Assembly (NCBI GenBank): GCA_023920165.1
Contig: CP089276.1
Span: 1,240,001-1,304,000 of the forward strand
Length of the DNA: 64,000 bases
Reading direction: 5' to 3'
From: Curvularia clavata
Lineage: Eukaryota
The translations under genes were made by a program, and so were the position numbers. Positions 24,532 to 37,964 of the stretch are shown in pieces. The notes under the pieces were generated by a model. It saw only the letters and a list, made by a program, of their open reading frames with translations, did no database searches and was not told the DNA's origin. Position 1 is the stretch's first letter. Each line of letters starts with the position of its first letter.

Positions 24532-25819
24532 AGTTAGCGTATACGGCTCTCCAAAATTATCCTCCTAAAAAAGGATTCGTAGGATAAATCGCGCTGAGGC
24601 CGAGATTCATGCTCCAACTTGGCCTTGTAGCTGAACGACAGGAATCATTTACCAAAGTGCTAATTCGCAAAGAGGGAAACGCAAAATCAAAAGCGGCTTA
24701 CACTGTCAATTCTAGGAACTCTGAAAAGTACACAGACGAGCTATTTTAGCTCGAGGAAGGGAAAGGAAGTGAGAACTCAAAACGTTGCCAGACTGAAGGC
24801 AGTCATTATGCCGAAGGCGGGGCGTATTATGCCGAGGATACAGACGTTCACCCAATCATCTCACAGTATATTGATACAATTGTTGTTGACCTAAAAACAG
24901 CGCTGTTCAAACACTACTCCAAATGTGAATAGTATTCGAACATGTCGAAATGGCTGTTCATGTGTGGAACTTTAGAAGCACGTCCGGGACGGCGGGTCAT
25001 TAGAATGTCACGTGCCGACGGCGCATGTTGCCCAACTCTGAACACTGCTCAGGCGCTGATTTTCTCGAGACACAGTGATTAATTCACTAGAGGGCAAAGA
25101 ATGCTTTACCGGTTGCGAAGATATAAACCTTAATGGCACTATTTCATTGAATACTTTGTGAGCCGTTACGGCTGGGCATGCCGTGAGACCGTGCCGCATG
25201 GCCTAACGGAGCCCAGCCCGTTGGCGTTGTAGTACTCGCAGCGTTTATGCGACTTTTGTCCGTAAGCACATGTGGCATCTCAATTAAGTAACAATTTGAT
25301 GATGGCCGCAGATCTCGAGTACAGTGGAATCAATCAGATAAGAGCGAATGCGAAACTTACACATTACTGCAAAAGACTATCCACGTTCAATTTCTAGACA
25401 GAGCCTGGAGATGTAATTGAACAGTATGCAGTAAAAAGCAACATTCATTATCCATGCTGACATAGCATGTCATCAAGACGATTTAGGAAGTTCATTAGGA
25501 GACTGTCGGATGTGCTAAGGCATTATGATTGACATAACTAGTACTGTACTGGGATTCTTACACGTCAACATTGAAACATTAATCAACTGCCGCACGATAA
25601 CTCCCAATGAAAACTAGGGCAGTTGACGAGCCGACCACCCCTGGGATCGCCAGTATCTCCTTCATATCCCGGCAAAATGCTACTTTCGAGAACACCAATT
25701 TATATTGCGCCGAACCGCGCAACTAATATATACTAAACCCGCAGATCGCAACTTCGTTTTCTAGAACATATAAAATTCCAAGCCCTGTCTACCGCCATGT
25801 CTCTGTATGCATATCCAAA

Positions 25820-26820
25820 ATGCACTATCTTCCAGCTCTTGTCCTTCATTTTGGCCTTGCGACCGCAGCGTCGGTCTACCAGCGCAAGTCCCTGAGCAAC
25901 GAATCCGCAGGCACCATCTCCTGTCCGATAATTTTCGATGGCCGTATCCCTCTCAACGCCACCCTCCAATCATTCGATAACGCCAATACATCCACCTTCA
26001 TCTCTTCTGCTGTCAAAGGTGAAAACCTCACCTGGTCGGAGATACTTCTATTCCCAAACAACACTGCTCCAGCGCTCTTCGACCCTAGCGACACCTACAA
26101 ACCCCTTGAAGTAACCATCGATGAGCGCTCGCAATTTCGACCCGGAGGCGCAAGCGGGAAGCTTCAAAATGCGTTCCGTCGTGCGGGCCTAATTTTCAAG
26201 GACGACCTCAATGACCCAGGCGCCGATGCGGCTGACAATGGAACTATCACTTTCCACTGGAGCATTAAAAGTGATCCACAAAGGCCACTGAACTTGACTC
26301 ATGGCTACATGAACGTGTGGCATGAGAAAGCTGATTACTCCGGGAACCAATTCATGTTCGTTGGGGGACTGATCCTGCCAGGCGATGGAGGAAACGGTAT
26401 CGATACCAAAGAAGAGAAAGAGAAATGGAGAATACAAGACTTCAACAAGAATTCCATCTTCGAGACGCCAATGTTGTTCGACGCATGGCAGAACTTTGCG
26501 GTACAGATGGATTACGTGGAGAAGTAAGTCTTTTAAATCTGCGTTTTTCGTCAATATGGACTCGTTGCTGACGTTTTTTGAACAGCACGATCCGCGTTTT
26601 CTATTCGGCTGGAAACACGCCGCTGAAGGCCGCCACGGAGGCACTGCCGAACGAAAACGGAGGCGGCGGTCAGCTGCAAGTAGGTATCATCAAGAAGCCT
26701 ACGGAAACGAAGACCGCTTTGTATGATGGGTATCAAGAGTATCTTCCTAACCAGGCCGAGGGATTGATATACAGTGGTGTATTTGTAGAAGATAGCACCG
26801 GTGGATGTGTCAGCGTTTAA
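25820..26820 (+). CDS. Secreted glycoside hydrolase family 131
   Basis: Signal peptide; C.IIFDGR, VTIDERS.F, Q.AFRRA.L, TFHWS, H.YMNVWHE and WQNFA motifs; final exon QVGIIKKPT...EGLIYSGVFVEDSTGGCVS. Confidence 0.85.
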
Positions 26821-27751
26821 AGTTATGAAGCGTGATCGTTTGATAGAAAGAAGATAAAACATCATGACAGAGCAGCAGTTTAGATTCCCAATGGAAATGA
26901 TATGGATGAAGTCGTAATTCCCTTGTTGGTTTGGGAGATCTTACTTCTTTTCGGATGTTTCAACGGATACACACCTTTGCTCAGGGACTTCACAGAAAGC
27001 AGAAATGCTCAGCGCACGTCTGACAGTTATAGGGATATCTGAAGCAAGTTGGCTTTTAAGTGAACAGTATACGTAAAGCATCTAATCAACGTAAGACATC
27101 AACGTTACTGTGGTTGACGTTGACGCGAGCTGGAGGACCAGGCTAGGGTCGGCAGATAGGTATAGGGCACCTCGCATTGGTAGACTTCAGCGTATGATGA
27201 TTTGATATCTAAGCTAAACTAGAGGATACGTGTGAGGTACTGGAAGCTAGGTGATTGTAGGGGTCGGTGTTAGAGTACCCTTTGATGGGCTGAAGCCTAG
27301 TTCATGAGTTAGCAGGTCAGTCAGATGCGCAACTGCATTGTCCAGAGGTACTTGATCATGATTTTGAATTCCGTTGACATTTAGCAAATGAATGCGAGAA
27401 TATCTCTCCTGTCGTCCAGTGTAGTCCTGTTCTCTGTCGCATACCGTATTAGGCTAGGCGGCCTGCGTTCAGGTGCTGGAGCACAGCGGAGTGCCTTACG
27501 TCATTAGATCTGCTCTGATTGGTCGACGGAAGCTACACCATCCGAAAAAACGCCCCACCATGATTTCGCATTGCTTGGTCATATTCGACAAATCGACGAC
27601 GCGCCAAGCGACACTTCAACTGCTGCCGGTTGCTAACGATCTACTAAGCCAGTCAGTCCAGCATGCCATCCACTCGCGCGCGCGTCAAATGCGCCTTCGA
27701 ATATTCTAGTCTCCATCCTCGCACCTCCTATATAGCACCCCATCCGACCCC

Positions 27752-28864
27752 ATGAAGACTCTCGCATCCATCTTTTTCGCCGCCGTTGCGATCGCACTTG
27801 CTATTTACAACAACGAGTACATGCTCTCTAGAGTAACAAGCTCTTTCAGACACATTACATCGCTTGCGAAGATACCGACTTCGATTCAACCTACCACCCA
27901 AAATATGTCGACCATGTTTCGAGGACTCCCCGTGATACCCGACGAGCAATATACGACGAATGCGCCGCGCAAGATTGCTAAATCCTTCCTCGCCGTCGAA
28001 CAATCTGAGGGCGCTGGGGCAAGAGTGAGGCGGAGTATTGGTGTACCTCAACTTCGAAATTTCCCCCCCTTTCTTATGCTCGACCACTTCACGATCGCTC
28101 CAGGCGCAGGCTTCCCTGATCACCCGCACAGAGGGCAAGAGACGGTGACATATTTGCTGTCTGGAGCAGTGGATCATGAAGATTTTGGCGGAAATAAGGG
28201 AACCATCGAAGAGGGCGATCTGCAGTTCATGACGGCAGGTCGCGGCATCGTACACGCCGAGATGCCCCACCAGAACGAAGACGGCAAGCCTAACGTCGGT
28301 TTACAGCTCTGGGTCGATCTCCCTAAAGAGCTGAAATCATGCGAGCCGCGATATCGAGACCTTCGTGCCAAAGAGATACCTGAGGCAACAGCGGACAACG
28401 GAAAGGTGAAGGTCAAAGTAATCAGCGGGCAAGCTTATGGCGTAGAGAGCCTTAAGGAACTAGCCTACACACCTGTCTGGTTGCTAGACTTTAAAGTTCA
28501 GCCAGGAGGCAAAGTCAAGCAGTCGCTCCCTAAGGGTTGGAACGCATTTGCCTACCTTCTGGACGGTACAACCATATTTTCATCCGACGGCGTTTCGAGA
28601 CCCATTGACCAATATCACAATGTAGTCTTTGACAGAAATGGTGACAGCATTGAAGCATCTGTTGAGGAGGGTGCTGAGAAGGAGTCAAGATTCATACTGG
28701 TTGCTGGGCCTCCGCTCGACCAGCCAATCGTACAATACGGTCCATTCGTAGTAACCTCGAGAGATGAGGTCGTTCAGGCCATGATGGATTATCAGAGCCA
28801 CTCCAATGGGTTTGAGCGAGCGAAAGATTGGGAAAGTGAGATTGGAAAAAGCATGGTACATTGA
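27752..28864 (+). CDS. Pirin-like bicupin protein
   Basis: Motifs EGAGARVRRSIG, PFLMLDHF, GFPDHPHRGQET.TY, MTAGRGIVHAEMP and QYGPFV. Confidence 0.92.
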   Translation: MKTLASIFFAAVAIALAIYNNEYMLSRVTSSFRHITSLAKIPTSIQPTTQNMSTMFRGLPVIPDEQYTTNAPRKIAKSFLAVEQSEGAGARVRRSIGVPQLRNFPPFLMLDHFTIAPGAGFPDHPHRGQETVTYLLSGAVDHEDFGGNKGTIEEGDLQFMTAGRGIVHAEMPHQNEDGKPNVGLQLWVDLPKELKSCEPRYRDLRAKEIPEATADNGKVKVKVISGQAYGVESLKELAYTPVWLLDFKVQPGGKVKQSLPKGWNAFAYLLDGTTIFSSDGVSRPIDQYHNVVFDRNGDSIEASVEEGAEKESRFILVAGPPLDQPIVQYGPFVVTSRDEVVQAMMDYQSHSNGFERAKDWESEIGKSMVH

Positions 28865-29485
28865 GCGAGTTCCGTCGCGTCAAAGTCTTTCTGTATATAC
28901 CCTCTTCTATAGCTTCGCATGTTATTGTAAATTCGCAATCAATAGAAATTGAATTACTGTTGATATGTATTTCAGTTTTGGTATAGTTACAAGATTTGAG
29001 TTTTTAGTACTGTTTTCCGATGTGGTCATGTCCAAGATAGCTAGAGATAGGCATCAGAGAGCTGAGTTGCGACCAACAAAAGCCAAACGTAGCCTCGCTC
29101 ACATTTTGAAGACTCCTCGAGTTATCGACAAATGTATCAGAACTACTGAACATCACTTTTCAGCAAGTGCAGGTGTTTCCATGACAGCTTGAGCTATGCA
29201 ACAACATCCCCTATATACAGCCGAGCCACGTAAAACAAAGAAGGGCTAGTTTGCAGCGAATCTTAAACCAAAGAAAACCCTAGCCCCTTTGAGTGAGCTC
29301 CAGACTTAAAGGTGGAAACTTTGGAATACTTTAAAATACTTTGAGCAGCCGACGGGCTTGATTGGGATGCGATACATAGGAATTAGCTCTTCCCAGGATA
29401 TGAATATAAGTCAGAACCAAATCTGAACCGATCGTAAACATAGTCCGCAGAACAAAACGTCATAAATTCTTGACAATTACATATG

Positions 29486-31190
29486 TCACAAGTGGGGAAA
29501 GACCTGCGACCACGTCGGTGTCTCGTAAACGCCCCGCGGAACCTCTCTTATACTTATGAAAGCCTCAACGACGATATATATCCGGCTAGTAATATAGCTC
29601 ACACCGCACAAGACACATAGGAAAGTGATGATCAAAGTACTAAAGAGTCCAAGTGACCGCTTGTTATAAGCGATCCAGATCGTGTCGATAAAAGGGAAGA
29701 CATGAGCCAGGAGGTTGGTGACTAGCCAAAATGCAGCGCAGAACGTTACCCAGACGGAGCTCATGCGCCAGAACAACTGCTCTAAAGGGGTGGGAAAGAA
29801 GTAATCCCAAGCGGCTACATGTATGGCACCATACGCCATGGAAGCACCCCAGAGAACCATTCCCATGACTAAAGATTGGGTTCGTCGGAGCAAACCATCG
29901 TTTGGCCAGTCAGGAGCGTGGTATTGCACTAGTTCGGTTATGTAAGGGAGTTTGTAACTGTTTTCCAGTTCGCCTGTTCCACAGCTAGGAGAAAGGAGGT
30001 TGTATAAAGCTGGGTATAGCTGAATGGCCTGTTCCGCGAGATGTTCAAGTCTTGAGTTGGCTACTATTGGAGATTGACATGGAAGCGTTTCGCCTTCTTG
30101 ACCAAAGCTCTGAGCGCTAGGACGCGGTCGAAGCTGACCTGATGTAGAAGATCGTGTCGTTTCCGAGTTGTTTCTGGGACTATCTGAACCGGACGAGATT
30201 TCTTCATCTACAAAGTAAGCCAGCTTTTCCAACTCTGGAGTGGCGGACCGAAACATGGCGAGCTTGCCTTGTGGTGGCTTCCCACTCATTCGACTTGCCA
30301 GATACATATACGCAATCAAAGGCAGATGTTCCACTTTCAAGATCGTAGGAGACGTGACTTGGCGAGGTTTGTGCCACCAAAGAAGGTACATGACCAGCGC
30401 ACAGACGACATGTGCTACAACATGTACTTCAAGTAAAGTAGTTGGTATCCCGATAGCTGTGCGACTAATGACTTGGACAATCATCCAACCTGCTTGAATG
30501 CATACTAGAAGCTTGGCGAGGCCATCGGTTTTGTTCTTGTCTTTGATGTCGTCAAGGGAGATGTCTACAATATATCCGCATTTGGCTAGCAGTGTGACGC
30601 CTTTGGCTGTTAGGGTGAGGCGATCCGCATCGTTGAATAGGATCGCGTTTGGATTATCATCGTTCAGTTCGATAGCGAAACCTCCCATGCTGGCGTAGAA
30701 TCCGTGCGTCACAGTCCACTTGTTAAAGTGGTCTTGGACGTGGGCCTCGGTCACCGCCACGTTCTGATAGTTGTTAGTGAAGCTAGGATTCGATGGCTAA
30801 TTTGAATACCTTGTCGTTTGTCTCGTTACTACTTGCTTCTCTTCTGATATCTTCCATTTCTATACATAGCTGTCGTGCAGAAGCCAGTTGTCGCCAAGCG
30901 GTATATAAGATCAACTCAGGTGCGAACAGACCAACGACACACCATTGGAGTTCCCTAATTAGGACCTGATAGTTCTTGTCGCTCTTGCGGGGTACATTCA
31001 GGTGAACAGCCGAATAAACGCACAATCCAAGCGTAGCGAAACAGCTGATGAGGAGAGAGATCGTATCTCGCTGATTGTCCTCCCTGACGAAACCCACAGT
31101 ATCTGTGGTGTTAACATTACTGTTGCCGATGGCGGAGACCTTTTGAACGAAAAAGAAGACAATAATCAAGTCAAATGTGACTAGGAGCAT
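29486..31190 (-). CDS. Conserved fungal multi-pass membrane protein of unknown function
   Basis: Signal-like N-terminus and two exons. Family motifs: TLGLCVYSAVHLNVP, FAPEL...AWRQ, HGFYASMGGF, DKNKTD.LAK.LVC.QA.W, WWHKP and YGAIH.AAW..FPT..E. Confidence 0.8.
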
Positions 31191-31723
31191 GGTTGAAGCC
31201 GATCAGTGTAGACTAAAGGGACGAAAGTGGAGCAAAAGTTCACGGGTCGTCCCGCTCATACGATTTTGTACTTTCCATCCATTCGCCTATGTGACGGCAT
31301 GTAACACCCGCGTATTCAGGGGTGGTAGAGTACGCATGACAGTCAAAATGGTTATCATCTTTGGCTGCAGCTATCTGTACTGTGCCGTAGCATCATGAAA
31401 CGTGAGGCGTCGTTCCCATTGCCGTCTAATTCGACTTCAGCTTGAGGGGCGCGCATCTCTGCGAGTAAGATTCAGCGCTTACCGAATCCTTCCGACAATC
31501 TAACATTGATGCGCACCAGAAGGTAGCTGCATATGATTGATTGGACAGTTAGCATGGAGCTGAGCATATAGGATTCGAAGGAATCCGTGTGGTGATGAGT
31601 GTTGGGCGCTTCGAACTGATCCGTGCATTGACCTTCCCATTCTTGCACTAGGGTATGTGCTCTCCCACCTTCACACAGATGTACCCAAACCAATACCTCA
31701 AACTGCAACTGTCAGGATAAACT

Positions 31724-33074
31724 ATGGGTACTCGTTCCCGGAAGTCCACGTCGACAGCGACAGTTGTCGCGGACCAAAGAGTAGGCAAATGTTTAGTATT
31801 CATCCCGATATCTTGACTGACACGTATCAGGCCGATCTATGCGATAGAATGAAGAACAAAGACCGGAACTCCCTTTTAACATGGGATGAAATACGTGCGA
31901 TCTTCATTCACTCCGCTATTAAATCTCACTAACCATCTCTATAGCTGCCTGGTACCAGTAGGTTCGATTGACTACTGACTTTCAACACAAACTCACAAAG
32001 GCAGAGACAATGAGTACATTCTGTCTAGCTACAGGTACTGTGCTAGAAATACATTCGACCAGTCTCTCTATTGACAAAGAGACAACTCAGGGTGGTATCA
32101 AAATCCTATACGCGATGTTTGGAGAGCATTCTCGGCATCCATAATGAAACTGGTATGTCTCTATCAGGGCCGTCCCAGAAACGTAGCTGAAACCTCTCTA
32201 GTCAATATATTTTCGCATCTGATAGGGTCTGCGCTTTTCTTCGCTCTACCTTTACCCGTTTATTGGTCTTTGCAACCAAGATATGCCACTGCCACAACAG
32301 GGGATGTTGTCGTGTTTTCAACGTTTTTCTTCGGTGTCGCTATATGTTTTGCTCTGTCTGCAACGTAAGCATCTGCTAATATCTAAATTTTATATCTCAC
32401 AACTAACGTACACTCAAGTTTTCATATTTTCAACAACCACAGCGAAAGCATTCATATTTTTGGAAATCAACTAGACTACGTAAGAAACTTTGCATTTTGT
32501 TTATCAGCAGCTTATTCGTATAGCTTGGGATCGTCGTATTGATGTGGGGCTCTACCATCCCATGTGTTTATTACGGTTTCTACTGCACCCCGCAGTTGCA
32601 GAAAACATACTACACGCTTGTCTCAGTACTGGCAGCTGGTTGCGTATACGCTACGTTGCATCCGGCTTTTCGCCGACCTAAGTATCGTCCGTATCGTGCA
32701 GCCATGTACGCGGGCCTTGGACTGTCATTCATCATTCCCATCGTCCATGGAATCACTCGATTTGGCTGGGAAACGCAGATGTGGAGAATGAGCCTTGACT
32801 GGATGGCATTGATGACAACATTCAATCTTACTGGTGGTGCCCTGTATGCCATGCGAGTAAGTGACTAGATTCTTGATCCGAATCACTGTTTTCCAGGGCT
32901 TGAGAGCTGACTAATTAGATTCCCGAGAAATGGTACCCCTATCGTTTTGACGTTTGGGGAGCGAGTCACCAGATTATGCATTGCCTGGTCGTATGTGCTG
33001 GAATTGCACATTTGTTTGGGCTCTTGAGAGCATTCGACCATGTACATGGACATGGAGACATTTGCATCGCTTGA
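31724..33074 (+). CDS. PAQR / IZH / hemolysin-III family membrane receptor
   Basis: About nine exons splice to LLTWDEIPAWYQDNEYILSSYR...HNETVNIFSH...FHIFNNHSE...LDY.GI...IPEKWYP..FDVWGASHQIMH. Confidence 0.88.
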
Positions 33075-33871
33075 TTGGGACAGTGACTTTTCGCACATAT
33101 AGCAAGCTTAGAGATTTTTTGTGCTGATAGGGCCATGTAATGTGTAAGCTTTATTGGCAGCGAAGAGAAGGTTTATCTACAGAATATCATCAACGCGCAG
33201 CTGCGGCATGATACGTGTGGCTTAGCATCTTTTGTAATATAGCGTCAAATGATTCTATCATGAAGTTCATCATCTAGATGGTCAATATCTACGCACTCAA
33301 TTATTCCAGTGGTACATGTCCATATCTCAGATCAAAGGTGGATGAGCCGCTTAACAGACCGTTGAACAGCGCTACTGCCAAAAAGCTAAAACCAGCCCTC
33401 TTTCCCAGTACCCATCATTCTTGGAAGCTAAGTCATTACAAACACTAAAGCCGTTCGAGTCTCTACACAAGCCCCGCATCTCAACTCGACTCTTTGCTTG
33501 CGTCAGCTAGCTGCTTACCGTACGCTTCTGTCTCAAACCCCTTCTTAACACCACACCATAACCTCAAACACTTTCCAAGAATACCACGTGAATGCATAGT
33601 AATTACCAAACCAGGTTAGACATTGTGTGTAGAAGAAGATAAGGCGCAACGACAACACCAAGCAAAGTGGCCAAAAGTACCTCGGCATCTTTCGGCTCCA
33701 CTTAGCAAGACGTACGTAGTCTAGACCAGAGCGGAGTAACAACACAACATCACACACCGTAAAACTATACAAAGCAAAACCCGTCTTCTTAATTTTCCAC
33801 CCCGAATCTTTCTCACCTCCATCTACCCATCTGCCCATCCATACCCTCAGATCCACCTCATCTTCGCCAAA

Positions 33872-34455
33872 ATGTCCGAACCCATCGATGTTGTCGCCAT
33901 TCTAATTCCCAAGCCTGGAAAGGCAGACCGAGTAAGTCTTCCCTTGTCCATTTTCTACCGCTTTCTTTATCGTCTCCTTCACAGAATCTTTACCTTCTGC
34001 GTATATACGTATAAGAACTAACTCAAGCCGTCTCCGGCGCCCAGGTTGAAGAGCTCCTTGCTGCCGCCGCGAAAACTGTAAAAGAGACCGAGCCCGGCAC
34101 ATTGCGATATCATCTTCAGCGCGAAACGAAGGGTGATCAGCCGCGATTTATCATGCTGGAGACGTGAGTCCACCCCTTTCGTTGTCATCACTCCCGGCAT
34201 GTTGTTCGAGCGATTCGATTTCGAAGAACTTGAGCGAGTATATTGCAAGTTTCGCTATTTGAGTTTTTACTCGTGCAACAAAAAGCTGATTTTGCGGGTG
34301 GCAACAGATACGCAGACCAAGCTGCGCTAGACGCGCACGTCAAGAGCCCAACAGGACAGCAGCTGGGCAAGGCGTTCAAGGAGGAGGATTTGGTTGCTGA
34401 GCCGATGAAGATTCTGTTCACGAAAAGTGTAGCGGGGTATGCTAGCAAGTTGTAA
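33872..34455 (+). CDS. ABM (antibiotic biosynthesis monooxygenase) domain protein, peroxisomal PTS1
   Basis: Three exons: MSEPIDVVAILIPKPGKADR / VEELL...EPGTLRYHL...FIMLE / YADQAALDAH...YASKL*. Confidence 0.85.
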
Positions 34456-34729
34456 GGAGTGAGCTGCGTGTTTGCGATGAGCTAGCATGTATGGTGAGTC
34501 TCTCGAATGGAATGAGGCAAATGTGATGGAAGTTTCACGATAAGAAACGAGGCAATAGACGCATGTGTACAAGTCAAAGAAGTTCTGTGTGAGGTATAGA
34601 GAAGTGGACATGTACTTTGAAATGACAGAACAGTCCTGGTAACACTCCAGATTAGAAAACAAGAAACATGTGCACCTCAAAAAGAATTTGTCATTAAAAT
34701 GATATCCAAGGACTATGTCGACTTATATT

Positions 34730-37183
34730 CTAGTTACCTCCATACCAGTAGTCCTCGAAGTACGGGACGCCCTGGCCCGTACGGTTCGCAGGCGGCTGAG
34801 GCCACTTCGTCAGCATTGCCTCGTCACCCGTAAGCGTAAAGTTGATTGAGGTGAGTGGTTGATTGTCAATCAACAGACTGTACTCGCCAGGGTACAAGAC
34901 CTTGTTTCCAGACTCGTCGACGCGCGCAAGTGAAGCCAGGGTAAGATTGAGCGTAGCTGTTGAAGAAGAGCCACCGGCGACGTTGAACAGACGCTTGTAC
35001 GAGACGAGCGACTTCTTGGGGTATGGCTTCGGACCGAAGGAACCGGCAAGATAGCCTAGAGTGACGTAGTCAGATGAGACTTTGCCGTCGTTCTTAACAC
35101 TGACGTCGACGGATGTGAAGGGGCAGCGCTCGAGGAAGCCGCCGGTGCCGTTGCAGCCCTTGACGAGGTCAGAGATGGCGTAGCTCTGCTGCATCTTTGT
35201 TGCAATCTGGGCCGAGAAGTTTGTGTAGTGAAGACCGTAACCAAACTCGAATATAGGCTTGCCTGAGTACCACTTGTAGGTGCGACCGGGGTTGTGTTCA
35301 CTTGGGCGTAGTGTCATGTCTGTCATGGGTACCTCAGAGATGTACTTGGATGGGTATTGTGTTTGCGGAAGACGTCCGGCAGGGGAGGACTTTCCGGTGA
35401 TAATGTTCATGATGGCAGTGCCACCATCCTGGCCGGGATATCCAGCCCAGAGGATTGCGGAGATGTTGGGGTTCTTGACGAGTGGAGAAGTGTCCATCTG
35501 TCCACCTCCAGTGACCACCACAACAACCGGCTTTCCAGTGTCAGCGAGTTGTCCAATAACATCAAGCTGGGCGCCTGTAAAGGTCAAATAAGATCGGTCA
35601 TGGTCTTCTGCTTCAACACTGTTGTCCATTCCGCCAACCCACACGAGGATATCACTGTTGGCGATGGCATTAGTGAGCGGAAGCCAGTTGCCTGTAGTTG
35701 GGTCGCCGTGGCCACCCGGAAGTCCACCAGCATAGTTGACAGTCACACCAAGCTGCTGCAGGGCATAAAGTGGGCTGTGCGTGAAGACCGGAACTCCATG
35801 GTAGTTGCCCAAAAGCTGGGTCGTAGCGTTCGCCCAATCACCAAACAGACCGACCTTTTTAGAGTCAAAAGATAAGGGAAGGATACCGTCATTCTTGAGA
35901 AGAACAATGCCCTCGGTAGCAGCCTTGAGTGCAAGTGCTTGCGAAGCATTGGTTGCGACTGCATCAAAGCCAAGCTGGCGGTAGGGTTGTTTCTCAGGCG
36001 CGTCGAAGTAACCAAGGCGAACAAGAGAAGAGTACTGACGAACGAGAGCCTTGTCGATGGCAGCCTCGTTGGTGAGGTTCTGTTTGAATGCACCTGGCAG
36101 ATGCGCCTGCATGTAGGTACCGCAATCAAGATCAGTGCCCGCATTCAGAGAGTCGGCGGCAGCGCCTTCACGAGACGAAGACCATTGATGGGGCAAAAAG
36201 ACGTTCTGAATAGCGTCACAGTCAGAAGTAACCCACTGCTCCTCGTTCGTCCAACCCCAGTGCTCGCGGAGGACTGTCTGTAGCAGATAAGGATCGGCAC
36301 ATGGCGGGACGCCGTTCACCGCATCTACAAGATCATTAGTCACAAGCCCCTACTTAGTGATTCTTCAAAATAGCTTACTGTAAGAGCACATGAAGGCACC
36401 AACGTTTGCCGAAACACAAGCCTCGAATGGAGCGAGATAGTACTCGACCAGGTCTTGTTGGGAAATCTGAACATCATTCTGGTAGCGGAGGTTTCCATTC
36501 CAGTTTTCGATATCGTAACCAGCGTAGTGCTTGCACGTAGCAACGACTCGTTTATAGGGATCTGACGCGTCACCCTGAAGTCCATGGATAAGAGCCCTAA
36601 CATAGGAAGACAGATGGTATGTGTCTTCGCCAGGGGTCTCTTGGCCGCGGCCCCACCGAGGGTCACGGAAGGGGTTGATGTTTGGAGTCCAAAAGTCGAG
36701 GCCGGTTCGATTGGCGTTGTTGAAAGCACGCGCCTCGGTAGAAATGACCTTTGCAACCTGGGTAATGAGATCGTCGTCAAACGAGGCACCCATCAAGATG
36801 GGCTGAGGAAATGAAGTCGAGTAGCTCCATTCGCCTTGCTGGCTAAAGTTGGTGAAGGGACCAGCAATTCCATGGAGACCCTCGTTCCACCATTCGTATG
36901 GTGGAATGCCGAGACGGGCAACGCCGGGCGAGCTGCTAGAGGTAGCATTGATCTTCTCCTCGAGCGTGTACAGTGCTACCAGTGACTTTGCACGAGCGAC
37001 CGGAGCTAGGACATGTTAAAAAAGAAGACCTGGTTTGCTAGGAGATGGAGATCACGAACATGCTGAAGAGTCACAGATGGTCTCATTCTTCAATGGCCCA
37101 TTCGTACAATCCGGAAATATAAATTGAGCATATACTCCGGCCGCAAACAGCAATGCCGACAGCGGATGTGGCGAGGTAAACAT
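34730..37183 (-). CDS. Secreted GH3 beta-xylosidase (XlnD/BxlB-like)
   Basis: Signal peptide plus FPDC.NGPL; WWNEGLHG, WTPNINPFRDPRWGRGQETPGED, CKHYAGYD, catalytic VTSDCDA and a C-terminal FnIII region. Confidence 0.93.
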
Positions 37184-37964
37184 GATGAAAACTGTCTGAT
37201 CTCGACTCAGATACCCTTCACCCAATGTCCTACACTCATAACTTATAGCAGTCTAAATAGCCGTAGTGCTGACCCTACCACGAGAGGGGGTTAAAAAAAC
37301 ATGTCCAACGATATCCAAAACGTCATACACATGTCGGCGACCCAGCTACGGATCCACTTATAGCCGACGTCCGATCCAGTACAAGACCAAAGCCACTCCC
37401 GGTGCTTGTGCTCGAGGGATGTGGTAGCCAAGCTTTGAGCCGAGCCGCGTGCGGAGCCCCACGCTGCCCCCGCCATTCAATGAGGGGTTTGCGCTAGGTG
37501 GGACCAGTAATTCTGTCATTGGCTGTGAATTCTGCCTGAATGGTTCCGAGGAACGGGATATGGTAAGCGGGAGTGTCGGTAAGTAGCATTGACAACTACA
37601 TGAAGAGATCTCCCTTACGGGACAGGAAATGTGCGGAATCGTCATGCAATAGAATGTGATCTACAGGGACGGCGGAGGGCGCGGAGATGAAAAGTGCATA
37701 TGGCAATCTCAGTAGCAGTCAATTTGCTACAACTGTGACATCGTAAGCAGCCGGTTAGATGAACCAAAAACGATGTGATTTGCTTCTGTGGCATGAGCGC
37801 CTATTTTGAGTTTATGGGAAATGCGAAATAGGTATCCGTGCCACGGGAATGCCTGTCTAATATTGGTTGTTTAACAACAAGCATTCGGATTGTTGAGCAC
37901 ACGCACACGGATCGCCTGGCAGCCAAGCCTGTTTGGACATAGCAAAAAGCCTGGCGCCTCGTAA

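Noticed and set aside
27100..27330. Intron-acceptor-like signal with a stop-riddled downstream frame on the minus strand
   Set aside because: No identifiable protein similarity; cannot be supported as a pseudogene.
33440..33470. GTTCGAGTC B-box-like sequence as a tRNA
   Set aside because: No cloverleaf, acceptor stem or A-box could be built around it.
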